Position numbers and translations under genes: made by a program | Part shown: one piece after another, positions 35,592 to 47,240 of the stretch | Numbering within the stretch: the stretch's first letter is position 1 | Layout of the letters: every line of letters starts with the position of its first letter | The notes under the pieces: generated by a model | Seen by the model: only the letters and a program-made list of their open reading frames with translations | Database searches by the model: none | What the model was told of the DNA's origin: nothing | DNA from: Paraspadella gotoi | Taxonomy: Eukaryota > Animalia > Chaetognatha | NCBI GenBank assembly: GCA_051294375.1 | Contig: CM119267.1 | Location: 13,339,081 to 13,403,080 of the forward strand | DNA: 64,000 bases | Direction: 5' to 3'

Positions 35592-38500
35592 ATATCTTAT
35601 TTTTATTTTCTATCTCATGATTAATTCTATTGGAATTCCTCTCATTCTCCCCGGTTTATATTTGCGATGTTTCTTTCCCATCTTCATTTCAGTCGTTAGT
35701 TAATCTTTTCATTTTTTTTCTGACGGATTTCTTTTTTCTTCCTTTTTTTCTGGATTTCGCGAGAGAATTCGTGATCTAATATTTTTTGAATTAGATGTGT
35801 CTGATTTTTTTTGGTTCCATAAAATCTTAAAAAAATCGCTTTCATAGCGGAGAATTACATTTTCGATTTTCAAAAGGAAATAACGAAAGAAACGTCGTCA
35901 GATACTCCCCCCCCCGTCGACGCCAACTACCTGGTCTTTCATTCTCTCATTTTTTTCCCTTTCTGCCTCCGATTCAAAAACTTTTTGGAATGAAAAATAA
36001 AAAATTTTCCAAATCGAATAGAAAATTGTGACGGGAGATGTTGAATGTTGATTTTCTCCCTTTTCTCCCCTAAGGGATTTTTTTAAAAATTTTTCGGGGA
36101 TTTAGTTCTTCACACGTAATTCTCTATTTTGGTCTTGAGCCTTAAGTTACCACCAAGAAATCATACTTTTGAGATACCTGGACTGAAAATAAAATCGCAT
36201 TGGTCTTAAATTTAACGATGAAAGACAAAAAAATTAAATTTTAAAAAACAACTATTTTATTTCGTGAATACATTTTTTCCATCTTATTTCAGAAAGAAAA
36301 AAACTGAGTGGAGAAAATGGAGTAAATTTTTTTTAGTTTTCTTTTTCGACAAAATTTTTTCGTTTTCTTTTAGTCGTTCATACTTTTCTTCTGTTTTTGT
36401 GGCTCAAAATTTTGACTGTTTTCAATATATATTCTTTCTTAAAAAAATTTTATATCGAACTACTTCTTAATAAAAAATGTTTTTGTTTGTGTCTTTTATC
36501 TTTTATTTGTTTACGCCATTCTGTTTTCCATCTTTCACATATTGCTTTTTTCTTTTTTTTTTTTTTTACTCCTCTCCATGTCTCCATGAATTTTTTATTT
36601 TCGCCAAAAAGAAAAATCAGGTTTGTAAAACGATGAAAACAAGATTTAATTTTGATATAAAATTCGCTCATCCGTCTCTTTTAAAGATCATCCAACCGTT
36701 TCAAACGTCTCATTCAGGCATCCCATATTTCAACTATGATACGTCATCGATGCCACATATTTCTTTTCTTCCAGGTATTTTTTTCCTCAATCTTCCCATG
36801 AGCCATGTCCCTCTCATCTTTGGTGGTTGTAGGTGTTTGTTCCCCCGCTATCAGGCGGTAAGTGGGGTTTCCTTCATCTCCTGTTGGTTGTAATTTCCTG
36901 AGTCTAGGCCTTTCGTTCCTTCTGTTTGGATTTGACCTATTTTTGTGCCTTGGAGGTTCTTATATTGGAGAAGCAGGCGATGGGTAGGCGAGCGGAAGGC
37001 TGAGGAGCGGGATCTCTGATGGCGAGATTTCGGGGTTACGCGAATGTCGGAGATTCGAGAGTCGTTTTCTTCCGAACTTTGGTTATCCGCTCGATCTGGA
37101 TATTCTGGCTTTCTTTTCGCCAGCGTCGGCGTTGGCCCAGTCCCTCAAGCCTAATTTATTTAAGATCTTGTTGGCGAGGGCGATCTCTTTCGCGTTGAGA
37201 GGTTTGAGGAGCTTGTGCATTCGCGATGCCGTTGATTTGCCTCGAAATTGGTGCGCTGTTTCAGCTAAGACTCTTACTTTTTGTCTGGTTGATTGGTCAA
37301 TGCCATTCGTTTTAATTCTCATGACTTTGTTACCAAGTTTGTTTGTATCAGCTCTTTCTCGGTTTTGTAGGTTTTATTGGCTGCATAGTTGTAATAGTAA
37401 TTGTCTTTATTTCCATCGATTTCGTCGGCAGAATAAATTTCAAAATTTTTCGTTAAGTCTACGATATCGCGACGCTTCAAAAGCTAGGCCCCTTCTTTTT
37501 CCTCTTCTCGTCGCGCCAGTTTGATCTCTTCTCGTTCTTCCATTCACGAGCCATTAGGGTGAGCCAAATTTCTCAAGTTTTAAATATCTCAAAGAACATC
37601 TAACACAATTTGTGGAAGCCTAAAAAATTAGGTTTCCACCAATCGCCATTCAAATAGCTTTAACACCCTTAGCGCTATTGGCCCTTGAAGGATTTTTGGC
37701 ACACCTTGCACTTCATAATTCATTGTGTTTAAACAATGAGAGATTTTAGCGTCCACTCTCATTAAACAACTAAAGAAATGTATTAAGTTTATTCATGTTG
37801 AATATCAAGCCTCAACTATATCTCTGAGCTTAACAAACAGCACCAGCAATTTGCTGGAAATGGGAGTAGCCATTATGTTAAAGACTATAGCTTCTGAAAT
37901 AGGTGGGTACCACAAAATATTCTTACAACATTTTAATGGCAATTAGTAGCTCCAAATAAAAAAATTAACTGTTTTCAAAAATATTGGTGTAGCTACGTCC
38001 TGGAGGGTTTTTTCTGTACAGAATATTTAAACTAGTAAAATATATTCATAATACTTATTCATAATATTAATTATAGCATTATAAATGAAGTAGCAATTAA
38101 TAAGGAAGTTGGGTAAATTTTATCTTGATTGTCGCACTACTTCAGAAAGTAGCCTCTTTAGAAAGATCACAAAAATTATTCTCAATATGCTATTAATCTG
38201 AAAAAATTAAAAGTTATTTATTAAAAAAAAGCCTAAACACACGAGTTCAATTTTTTATCAGTACAATGTAAGTAAGAAACTCCACAGACGTTCTGGAGGC
38301 TTCCTCCATATGATGAAGGATGTGGACGAAATGTTGGAGTTAAAAAATCTACAATAAAGCAATAAAACAATCTACATTAAATGGTATAAATAAACATTCA
38401 TAAACGAAATTTCGTTTTAAAAGCCTAAAGTCCTAAACGCATGGACATTTTTGATCAAGGTGCGCTCACATCTTTGTGGATTATCCTTGTACAAACTGCT

Positions 38501-39058
38501 TGAAGGGTAAAAAAATCTTTATAAAATAATTCGAAATTATTATAGGATGACCTCATTTTGTAAAATTTATTACAATGATCACACTAAACTCACTTTATCA
38601 GAAAAGGTTATCCTTTTTGAAAAAAAAATCTTCAGCCCTCGATTTATTTAGCAGCCAAAAACTGTTAAAGAATTTTAAGTCATTGATTTATTTTTCAAAA
38701 CTGTTAGTCATGAATTTTTACTAATAATAAAATCTTATGTTACAACCACAACTAAAAACGTGACATCAATGACAAGCTCCGTAGCTAAGTCAAAAGTAAT
38801 TTTCTATCTGCCTTTCTCTTTCTCACTTACATAAACTCAAACCTGAGAGTATTAAACGTGCCTTTCTAATCATAAGATATATTCATTTAATGAAATATTG
38901 AGACGGTATTTGACTGCGCTTTGAGGAGATTAAACAGATCAAGGAGGGTTAAATAATTCTTTTTTTAAAAATCAAAAAGTTAAAAAGAGATTTATTACGT
39001 ATTTAAATATAAAAAAATGAGTAATCAAAGCTAGAAGTTGATATATAAAATCAAAATG

Positions 39059-39223
39059 TTAGAGAAAACAAAGTTTGTTTGTTTGATAACAACGATTTTT
39101 AAACGCTGATGAAGGCTTAAAGCAAGAGCCGAAACATGTCCAATGTAAATAAAAATTGTTGTTATCAAACAAACAAACTTTGTTTTCTCTAACTATTTAT
39201 ACACAACGAAAAGAAAGGAAATA
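39059..39223 (+). mobile_element. Penelope-type mini-insertion with a hammerhead core inside a 42-bp inverted repeat
   Basis: 16-bp TSD ATATAAAATCAAAATG (39043-39058, 39224-39239); IR arms 39059-39100 and 39151-39192; CTGATGA...GAAACATGTC at 39106-39140. Confidence 0.8.
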
Positions 39224-39821
39224 ATATAAAATCAAAATGATAAAACGACATATGACGAACTACAATCTCACTAACAAGGAGGAAACTTTTTTGAATACAT
39301 TCTTAATTTTAGTACATACGTAACTTTCACTACGCCTTACTCACGGGGTATCATCCATTGTTCTGTTTTGCTTCTTTCCATTCTTTTAAATATTTAAAAT
39401 TGTTACCTTCTGTTTTCTTGTTCCTGCGCTAATATTTTCTATTCTTTGAAGAGAGTAAATTTATATCTGTGTAGACAGTCAACGCTAGACAGTGAAGCGA
39501 TCTCACTCTATGCCAGGCGTCCCCAGGCCCTTTTTTCTCTCCAGAGCCTCTTCCCTCTAGGGCCTCTCATCCTTTAACACATCGCCTTTTTCTCGGTTGT
39601 GCTCGACATCATTCGTCACGCTTCCGTCTCTTGCGACTCTTAACCATTCCTCCTTTCAAAATCCAGCTTCTCACATATGAATCTTCTCTCAAGGCTCACC
39701 CTTCTCACCATTTATTAATTTTCCTTCTTGTAGAAGAAACTTACAAAATGATTCAAATTTTGACTCTCTTTTCCACAATCGCCCCATTTTGGTATCTTAA
39801 TCCCTGAACTTAATTTTAACT

Positions 39822-40099
39822 TATGGTGGATTAAAATCCACCAACCGTTCATCAGGGGAGGGGGGATGTAAGGTAGACTAAAATCAACAAACCGTTCATC
39901 AGCGGCCATTGGTGCAGGAGGCAAGTCATTTGCCTCCCAACCCAAAGGTCTGGGGTTCTAGCCCGGTGGTCGCCAAGCAGGGACGGGGCGCTTAACCCGC
40001 CTGTAAGTGTAACACGGTGTTACATCCTGATCCGAAGCTCAGGGACTGCTTATATTGAACAGTTCCGTCATTAACACAACAATAATTACTGTCTCTTTA
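39822..40099 (+). mobile_element. Internally deleted TRIM (5' LTR stub, PPT, full tRNA-containing LTR)
   Basis: AACT TSD (39818-39821, 40100-40103); PPT GGGGAGGGGGGGA at about 39854-39866; tRNA-like segment 39902-39973. Confidence 0.85.
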
Positions 40100-40284
40100 A
40101 ACTCTAATATAGATAGCCTATTTATTAGTAAATGAATGGATAAGTTTTATATTGGTTGTACCAATTTCATAAGATAAAATGGTTAGTTTTGGGAAAATAA
40201 GGCCCAAATTCTTTAGTCCCCTGAATCTCCTCTTACCAGCTTTCTTTCTCTCCTCACCCCAATTCTTTTCCTTCCCTTCCTTAC

Positions 40285-40437
40285 CCTCTTTTCTTCTTCC
40301 TCCTTTTTCCTCCTGAAAGCCTCGTTCTCCATCTTGGCTTCGACGAAGGAGGTGACGAATGCGTCGATTTCCGCGAAAAATTCGTCGGGTGGCGTCGCCT
40401 CCGCCGACTCACCGTAGAGCAGCGCCGCCGCCTCGTA
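40285..40437 (-). CDS. DAAM: DAAM formin, FH2 C-terminal exon
   Basis: YEAAALLYGESAEATPPDEFFAEIDAFVTSFVEAKMENEAFRRKKEEEEKR matches DAAM ...FGE..PDEFF..F..F..A..ENE..RKKKEEEE; AG/GT boundaries, phase 0-0. Confidence 0.9.
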
Positions 40438-41074
40438 CTGCGGGAAAGAAAAAGAGAAAAGGACAAAAAAAAGGGGGGGGAAAAGGGGGAAAACAATTGT
40501 ACAAAAACAATCGTAACAGGCGAAGACAAACAATAGGGTAAACGCGCCGTTTTGAAGCGACTCAAATTTAATTAAATTAAAGAAAAAAAGCAGGTAAAAG
40601 AACTAAAGTTAATAAAGCAATAAACCATTTGCCAAGTTTTGAAAAAAAAAAATTTTTTTCAAATAAAGGGGAAAAGAATTCGAAGAAGGAAATGCAAAAT
40701 ACATGAGGGAGATTTCGCTGTCGTCCTCCGAAACAAAAGAAGGTGGATGATGAAAACAGAAGAAATTGAGAAACTAAAAAATAAAGAAAGAAAAAAAAGA
40801 GGCACGGTGGAAAAAGAGGAAAGAAAAAAGTGAGGAAAAAAGCAGGAGAAAACTGCGGCTGATTCGGTGGAATAGAGAAAAGAAAATGGCGGGAAAAACC
40901 GGAGAAGCTGAGAGGAAATGGCGGGAAAAACTGGGGAAGCGAAAGATGACAGAATAATGAAGCACGGGCGGTAGAGTTAAAAACATTGCGACAGCGAGGC
41001 TGGAGTAAAAAGTAAGCAAAGCTGATGTTTATGGTTTATCGTTGTTGGTTCGTGTTGTTGAAATGAGGAGAAAG

Positions 41075-42807
41075 TTTTGTCGGTCCGTCGGTCCCACCCC
41101 TAAATCATGTCGATGTCCGTCTGTGTAATAATATGATGTTCTGATGTGATAAAAATAATTTACCGACATGATTTAGGGGTGGGACCGACGGACCGAAAAA
41201 GTTAATTATAGAGTCGGAATCTTCTGATAAGCAGATCCGTCTGTCCGTCCCCCCTAAGCAAAAAAACTCAAATTACTCGTGATTGGATGGATGGATCGGA
41301 ATGAAATTTTGTGGTGAGGTTAGGAAACTGTATTATTGAGCTGGATATAAAATTTCGAGGGAATCGTGCAAGAGGAAATGAGTTTAAATTGAAAAAAACA
41401 TAAGGCACATTACTTAAATCTTTTTACTAATTTTACCCATAATTACTCGAATTATTCATAATTGGATGGATAGATTGAGATTAAATTTTGTGTGTGGGTA
41501 TGAAAGTGTGAATGAAGCTGGATATAAAGTTTAGATGGAATCGTTCGAGTGGAAATGTGTTTAAATGGAAAAAACATAAGTCACTTTTATTTGCTTCTTT
41601 TTAATAATTTTAATCCATAATAATCAATTTATTCATAATTGGATGGATTGAATTGATGAAATTTTTGTGTGTGGGTAGGATTGAGCAGGATATATAGTTT
41701 CGTTGGAATCGAGGAGTGGAAATGAGTTTGCATGGAAAAAACCAAAGTCAAGTTGACTTGAATTTTTATTCTTTATGCTACCATGAATGTTTTAATTAAT
41801 TAATTAAAAAACGATGCAAGTTGAAAAAATTAAAACAAGTAGAAAAAATTATGTGAGTTAAAAATTTATGCAAGTTAAAAAAATTGATACGAATTTTGAA
41901 AAATAATGCTAGTTAAAAAATGATGCGATTTAAAAAAAAAATGATGCATATTGAAAAAATGATACAAGTGAAAAAATGATGCAAGTTGAAAAAATTATGC
42001 AAGTTGAAAAAATGAGCAATTTGAAAAAATGATGCAAGTTTAAAAAATGATGTCAGTTAAAAAAATGATTCAATTTAAAAAAAGATGCAAGTTGAAAAAA
42101 TGATGCCAGTTGAAAAAAATGATGCGAGTTGAAAAAATGATGCAATTTGAAAAATTATGCAAGTAGAAAAAATGATGCAAGTTGAAAAAATGATGCAATT
42201 TGAAAAAATGATACAAGTTGAAAAAATGATAAGAGTTGAAAAAATGTTGCAAATTTGAAAAATTATGCAAGTTAAAAAATGAAGCAAGTTGAAAAAATGA
42301 AGTTAAAAAAATTAGGCGAATTTGAAAAATGTGAGTTAAAAAATGATGCGAGTTAAAAAAATGATGCGAGTTGAAAAAAGTATGAAAGTTAAAAAAATGA
42401 CGAAAGTTAAAAAAATGATCAAAGTTGAAAAAATTATGCAAGTTGAAAAAAATGATGCAAGTTAAAAAAAATTATGCAAGTTGAATAAATGATGCAAGTT
42501 AAATAAATGATGCAAGTTAAATAAATGATGTAAGTTGAATAAATGATGCAAGTTTAAAAAATCATGCAAGTTTAAAAAATCATGCAAGTTAAAAAATGAT
42601 GAGAGTAAAAAAAGATACAAGTGGAAAAAATAATAATAGTTAAAAAAATTATTTGTACTTTATTTGTAATTATTTCTACTATAGTAATTTTATTATGTAT
42701 TTATTTATTTATTTACTTATTTATTTATTTTTTATTATTATTTTTATTATTATTATTATAAGATTAATTATCGTGGGCAGATCCGACATTGTTTGCTCAA
42801 ACTTGTT
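41075..42807 (-). mobile_element. DINE-1/Helentron-like element with expanded central tandem repeats
   Basis: AACAAG terminus at 42807, GCAGATCCG subTIRs, ~20-bp array (ATGATGCAAGTTGAAAAA)n at 41810-42630, and ~180-190-bp repeats at 41280-41760. Confidence 0.7.
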
Positions 42808-43611
42808 TATTTTAAAATTAATAATGTCATTAGAATATTCTTTTTATTACTTTTTTATTTATTCGTCATTCGTCATTTGCTTAATTTTTAATTTTACTTG
42901 TTTTTTAAAAAAATTATAATAAAATTACTTTATTTGGAATTTTTCAATTATTAAAACGTTTTAACTCTACAAAAACCATTTTTTCGGGTTTGGAATTCAA
43001 AATCAAACGAAACTGAAAAATGTGACTCTCAACCAGAATGAACTAAAATCCGAAGGACAGATGGCGTGATGACAACCGCGGCGCCGCGCCTTAATCCGTA
43101 CTCAAACATGCAACGGACACACGTCACTTTTTTTATTCTAGAGGAAAAGCTTTCACTTTCGGCGGGAAATATGACTTTTAGTTTCACTTATATTTTTTGA
43201 AGTAGGTACGTAAGAGAGAGTTTGTCTCTTTGCCGCGCAATTTTGCGGACTCAACAGTCAACAGGAAAATCACCGAAAGTGGATCTCAACTCACTCCTTC
43301 GATTCGGAGGAAAAAAAACATGTAATCGAAAATCAATAATCATAATCTCTTGAAATTGAATTTTTGATAAAAGGTTTTTTAGTTCTAATTTCGTCACCAA
43401 ATCGAAATACCGTCGAAATAAGTCGAAAAGTTCAAATTATGCAACATCAACAGAGTGCAAACTTTAAAAAACTTACTATCTCGGAAAAAAAAGTATATAA
43501 CATTTTTAATAAAGAATATCTTTTATCTTTTTATCCTTTCTTTTCGTTGTTAGTTAGTATTAGAGGAAAGCAAAGTATTTTAGAATTCATACAGACGATT
43601 TTATTTTTAAG

Positions 43612-43657
43612 AGACGGACATGTTTCGGCTTGCTTTTTCAAACCTTCATCAGCGTTT
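43612..43657 (-). ncRNA. Minimal type I hammerhead ribozyme (Penelope-like-element type)
   Basis: Reverse complement reads AAACG CTGATGA A GGTTTG-AAAAAG-CAAGCC GAAA CATG TC CGTCT. The core is intact and identical to 45402-45447. Confidence 0.85.
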
Positions 43658-43692
43658 GACAATCAATGAAAAAGTTTGTGCAAAAGAATAGC

Positions 43693-43770
<78 letters not shown>

Positions 43771-44112
43771 AGAAGGTAAAAGTTTTTCCAACAAAGTGGT
43801 GAGACAGAATAGTGGTCAGATGATGAGGACAGGTTGAAGGTGAGGACAGATTGAGAGAGTCGTGAAAATAAGTAAAACTTGTTAGAGAGAGAGAGAGACA
43901 AAAACAACAGGGATAAATAAATAATAAATATACATTTTTGCAATGTACAACAAAGATAAAAGAGTTTGAAAAACTAAATAGTAAAGTGAAATTTGAAATA
44001 TGAAAGAAAGTAGTTTATAGTTTTAGGTGAAGACTCGAACCCAAAGAGACAAAACGTCCATCTATTAAAATAAATCGTCACAACTACAAAAACACTTTGT
44101 TTTCTCTAAATA

Positions 44113-44755
44113 GTTTTAGGTGATAATTAAGAGACTAAGAAAGTGAAATTCAAGGAAAAAGAAAGAGCTCAAAATGAGCTGGCCCCCCTTGTTTTGTGCA
44201 AATGAGGGACAAGGACGATGATGATGGGTCATTGGCGCGTCAGTGGCTGAGAGGAGAGTGCGACCAAACTGGTGAATGCCGCATTGCGGAAAGATCCCCG
44301 GGGCCACTTGTGTCTCTTTGGCCTGATAAGCCTGCCGGCTGCCCTCTTCTTGCCTGCTGGTGAGGCGGGCGGTTGTCCATTCTTGCCGCTTTTGTAACAG
44401 GAGTGACGGATTTCTCTCCCTCCTGAAGCCGTCGTTTTGGGCGATGCTCAGTCCGCAGAAAGAGGGGTCGAGTTGCTGCATGAATGGACAACCGCCCGCC
44501 TCACCAGCAGGCGAGAAGAGGGCAGCCAGCAGGCATATCAGACCAAAAAGACATAAGAGTGGCCCTGGGGATCTTTCCGCAAGGATCGATCCCCAATGCG
44601 GCATTCACCAGTTTGATCGCACTCTCCTCTCAGCCACTGATCCATCATCATCGTCCTTGTCCCTCATTTGCACAAAACAAGGGGGGCCAGCTCATTTTGA
44701 GCTCTTTCTTTTTCCTTAAATTCACTTTCTTAGTCTCTTAATTATTACCTAAAAC
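44113..44755. mobile_element. GC-rich foldback element with ~275-bp inverted arms
   Basis: 44113-44389 is the reverse complement of 44472-44755 with a few indels; spacer about 80 bp. Confidence 0.85.
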
Positions 44756-44789
44756 TTTTTTCATCTTTAATTGTTTCTCTTTTTTTTGC

Positions 44790-45233
44790 TGTCACTGGGA
44801 AAAGTTGCAAAATTTGCAGCTTCGTGCTATAAAAATATTTCACAAATTACCAACTCACATAGACAAACAAATAGTTTTAGATGCGGCCAGCACGATTTCC
44901 TTGTCTGATTATGTCAGAAATTTTTTAGTCCATAGACTAAAAGCTATAATTCGTAACAATTCTCAGTTTGATGGAATTATTGAACACATTTCTAATATCA
45001 CAATTTTTACTAATATATCGCCAATAGAATATTAGTTGGGATGGGATCGAGTATCAAATAAAAACTGTCTCAATTGTTAGTTAGAAAGAGTTCACCAAAA
45101 TTGTATATTTGAATGATTAAGAAGACTATTTACTTATTGATGTAGTTATCAGAAATTCTCTTAAAAATAGTAGCTTTTAAAGGCAGTTTGTGAAACGAGC
45201 CTAAAGCTCACAATTATATTTTCAATTCAATTC
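44790..45233 (+). mobile_element. 5'-truncated non-LTR retrotransposon (CR1/jockey-group-like ORF2 C-terminus, 3' UTR, (TTCAA)n tail)
   Basis: WEKLQNLQLRAIKIFHKLP...SPIEY* resembles the post-RT region of LINE ORF2. Ends GAGCCTAAAGCTC...TTCAATTCAATTC. Confidence 0.65.
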
Positions 45234-45401
45234 GCTCTAACAAGTTTTACTTCTTTTCACAACTCGCTCAATCTGTTCTCACCTTCAACCTGTCCTCACA
45301 TCTGACCACTATTCTGTCTCACCACTTTGTTGGAAAAATTTTACCCTCTTTCTCTCTCTCTCTCTCACTCTTCTTTTGCACAAACTTTTTCATTGATTGT
45401 C

Positions 45402-45447
45402 AAACGCTGATGAAGGTTTGAAAAAGCAAGCCGAAACATGTCCGTCT
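45402..45447 (+). ncRNA. Minimal type I hammerhead ribozyme (Penelope-like-element type)
   Basis: CTGATGA 45407-45413, 6-bp stem II GGTTTG/CAAGCC, GAAA 45433-45436, palindromic stem III ACATGT, GTC cleavage triplet ending at 45442, stem I ACG/CGT. Confidence 0.85.
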
Positions 45448-46657
45448 CTTAAAAATAAAATCGTTGTATGAATTCTAAAATACTTTGCTTTCCTCTAGGA
45501 TATCTATTCAAAAATATTAGATTTCCTTTCAGTAGCTTCCTTTCATTTTTTTGTAGGTCAAATCGTTTAGAAGTTACAGGCCAAAAAATATTGTTACTTC
45601 AAATAAAAAATGGCGAAAAAAATCATATTTATTTTTTTTTTATTTTGAATAGAATTAGTTATTTTCTATTTTTATATTTTATGAAGGATTTATTTCTTAA
45701 TCTACATTCTTTAAATATATCTTAAAAATATTTTACTTATCATTAAATCTAATAACTCATTTTGGGAAGGGGAAGTCAGTGTTGTCTTCTGGAAATAGAG
45801 GGAGCATCTATACAACACAAGGTTAGATTACAATCTGTCCTAGTTTTCTAATAGATATCACACATCATTCCTGTTAGAAAGTCCTTAATGAAAAATCATA
45901 ATATCTAATAGGCTGAACAGAAAGGGGTGGGAATGGATAATTTTTTGAGGGGGGACCAACGTTATATATGATTTTTTTTAACCAATAGGGATAAGACTAC
46001 GAAGTAGAATTGTATGTTCTGATAGGGATACATACAGGGGAAAAGTCTATAGGGGCACCTTTATGTCATGAATATAATTTTAAAATATTTTATTTTTTTA
46101 TTTTTTTTATTGTTTATACAATGTTTGTTTATATTATTGTTTATACAATGGGAAGGTCTTCAGTTAATTTTTTTTTAATTTGGCAATGCTAAAGGCCTTG
46201 AACCTCTTTGTGGTTAAAAAAAGTGCTATTATACCTTTTGGAAAAGAGGGAAAGACATGCGATATCGACATCGGGTCTGAAAAGAATTGCGTTAAAGAGG
46301 TGGAAAAACATTTCACTGTCATACCTCAATTTGTTGTATTAGCGCATGCCCAGACGAATGCAGGCAGTAGTCGATGCCGAGGAAGGGCATACCAAATATT
46401 GAGAATATTTTACCCATATTTTGTATACTTGTTATTAGATAAATGAATTATGTTGTATACTTTTTTCCTAGATAGAAATTAAAATTATAATGAGACTCGA
46501 AGCTTAAAGAGCCTCTTCTGTTCTGGCTAAGTTTCCATAGACATCGATTCTGCCTATTTACAATTTTAATCAAAATATACCTTCTCAATCACGTTCTAAA
46601 TCAGCCCACCTCCCCCCCGCCCCTTCCCCCTAAAAACCCCCATCCAAGCGACCTCAC

Positions 46658-46923
46658 CTCCTTCGTCATGGCGACAAACGCCTTTTCTAATTCGCTCAGT
46701 TTGTACGAAGCGATCGTCAGAAATTCTCCGATGATTTCGCAAAATTTTTTTCCGTCGTCGTCGAAAAGGCGGCGCTGAGAGTCGAAGGAGGAAGCCGCGG
46801 AGGGAGTTGGCGCCGACGTCGTCGTCTCCGCAGTCTCCGGTTGATGGCGCCGTTGGTAAAAATCCAGCTCCGCCTCGACTTCTTTGAGTCCGCGACGAAG
46901 AAGCAAAAATTCCGACCCCATTT
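46658..46923 (-). CDS. DAAM: DAAM formin, FH2 exon
   Basis: EMGSEFLLLRRGLKEVEAELDFY...KKFCEIIGEFLTIASYKLSELEKAFVAMTKE matches DAAM LRSGLKAVETEL..DKF...F...AS; phase 1 to phase 0, GAG|GTGAGG donor. Confidence 0.9.
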
Positions 46924-46935
46924 CTTAGGAGAAAG

Positions 46936-47195
46936 AACAAGTTTGAGCAAACAATGTCGGATCAATAGAAAGCCAATTATCTGTTTATAATGAATGACCT
47001 AAATTGAGAAACATAACTTTTTAAAAAATAGTCTAAAAATACCCTTTTGTAAAATCTTAGAAATGTAATGATTTTTTTCTCTCTCTCTCTCTCTCATTTT
47101 CACCATTTCACCAACTTATTTCTTCTTCTTCCTTGTTCTTACCTTAACAGTCCTCATATCTGACAACTGTCCTTTACTCAATTCTTTGTTGGAAG

Positions 47196-47240
<45 letters not shown>

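Noticed and set aside
37657-38952. piggyBac-like TTAA...GGGTTAA ends
   Set aside because: The two ends are not convincing inverted repeats.
39902-39975. Functional tRNA-Gly gene
   Set aside because: The D and anticodon stems do not pair canonically and the unit is embedded in a repeated LTR.
41810-42630. Regular short repeats resembling a CRISPR array or a repetitive ORF
   Set aside because: Head-to-tail minisatellite with no unique spacers, in a eukaryotic context. ORFs 42070-42441 and 47468-47737 are repeat translations.
44116-44741. Overlapping ORFs on both strands
   Set aside because: Produced by the GC-rich foldback; mirror-image peptides with no recognisable domain.
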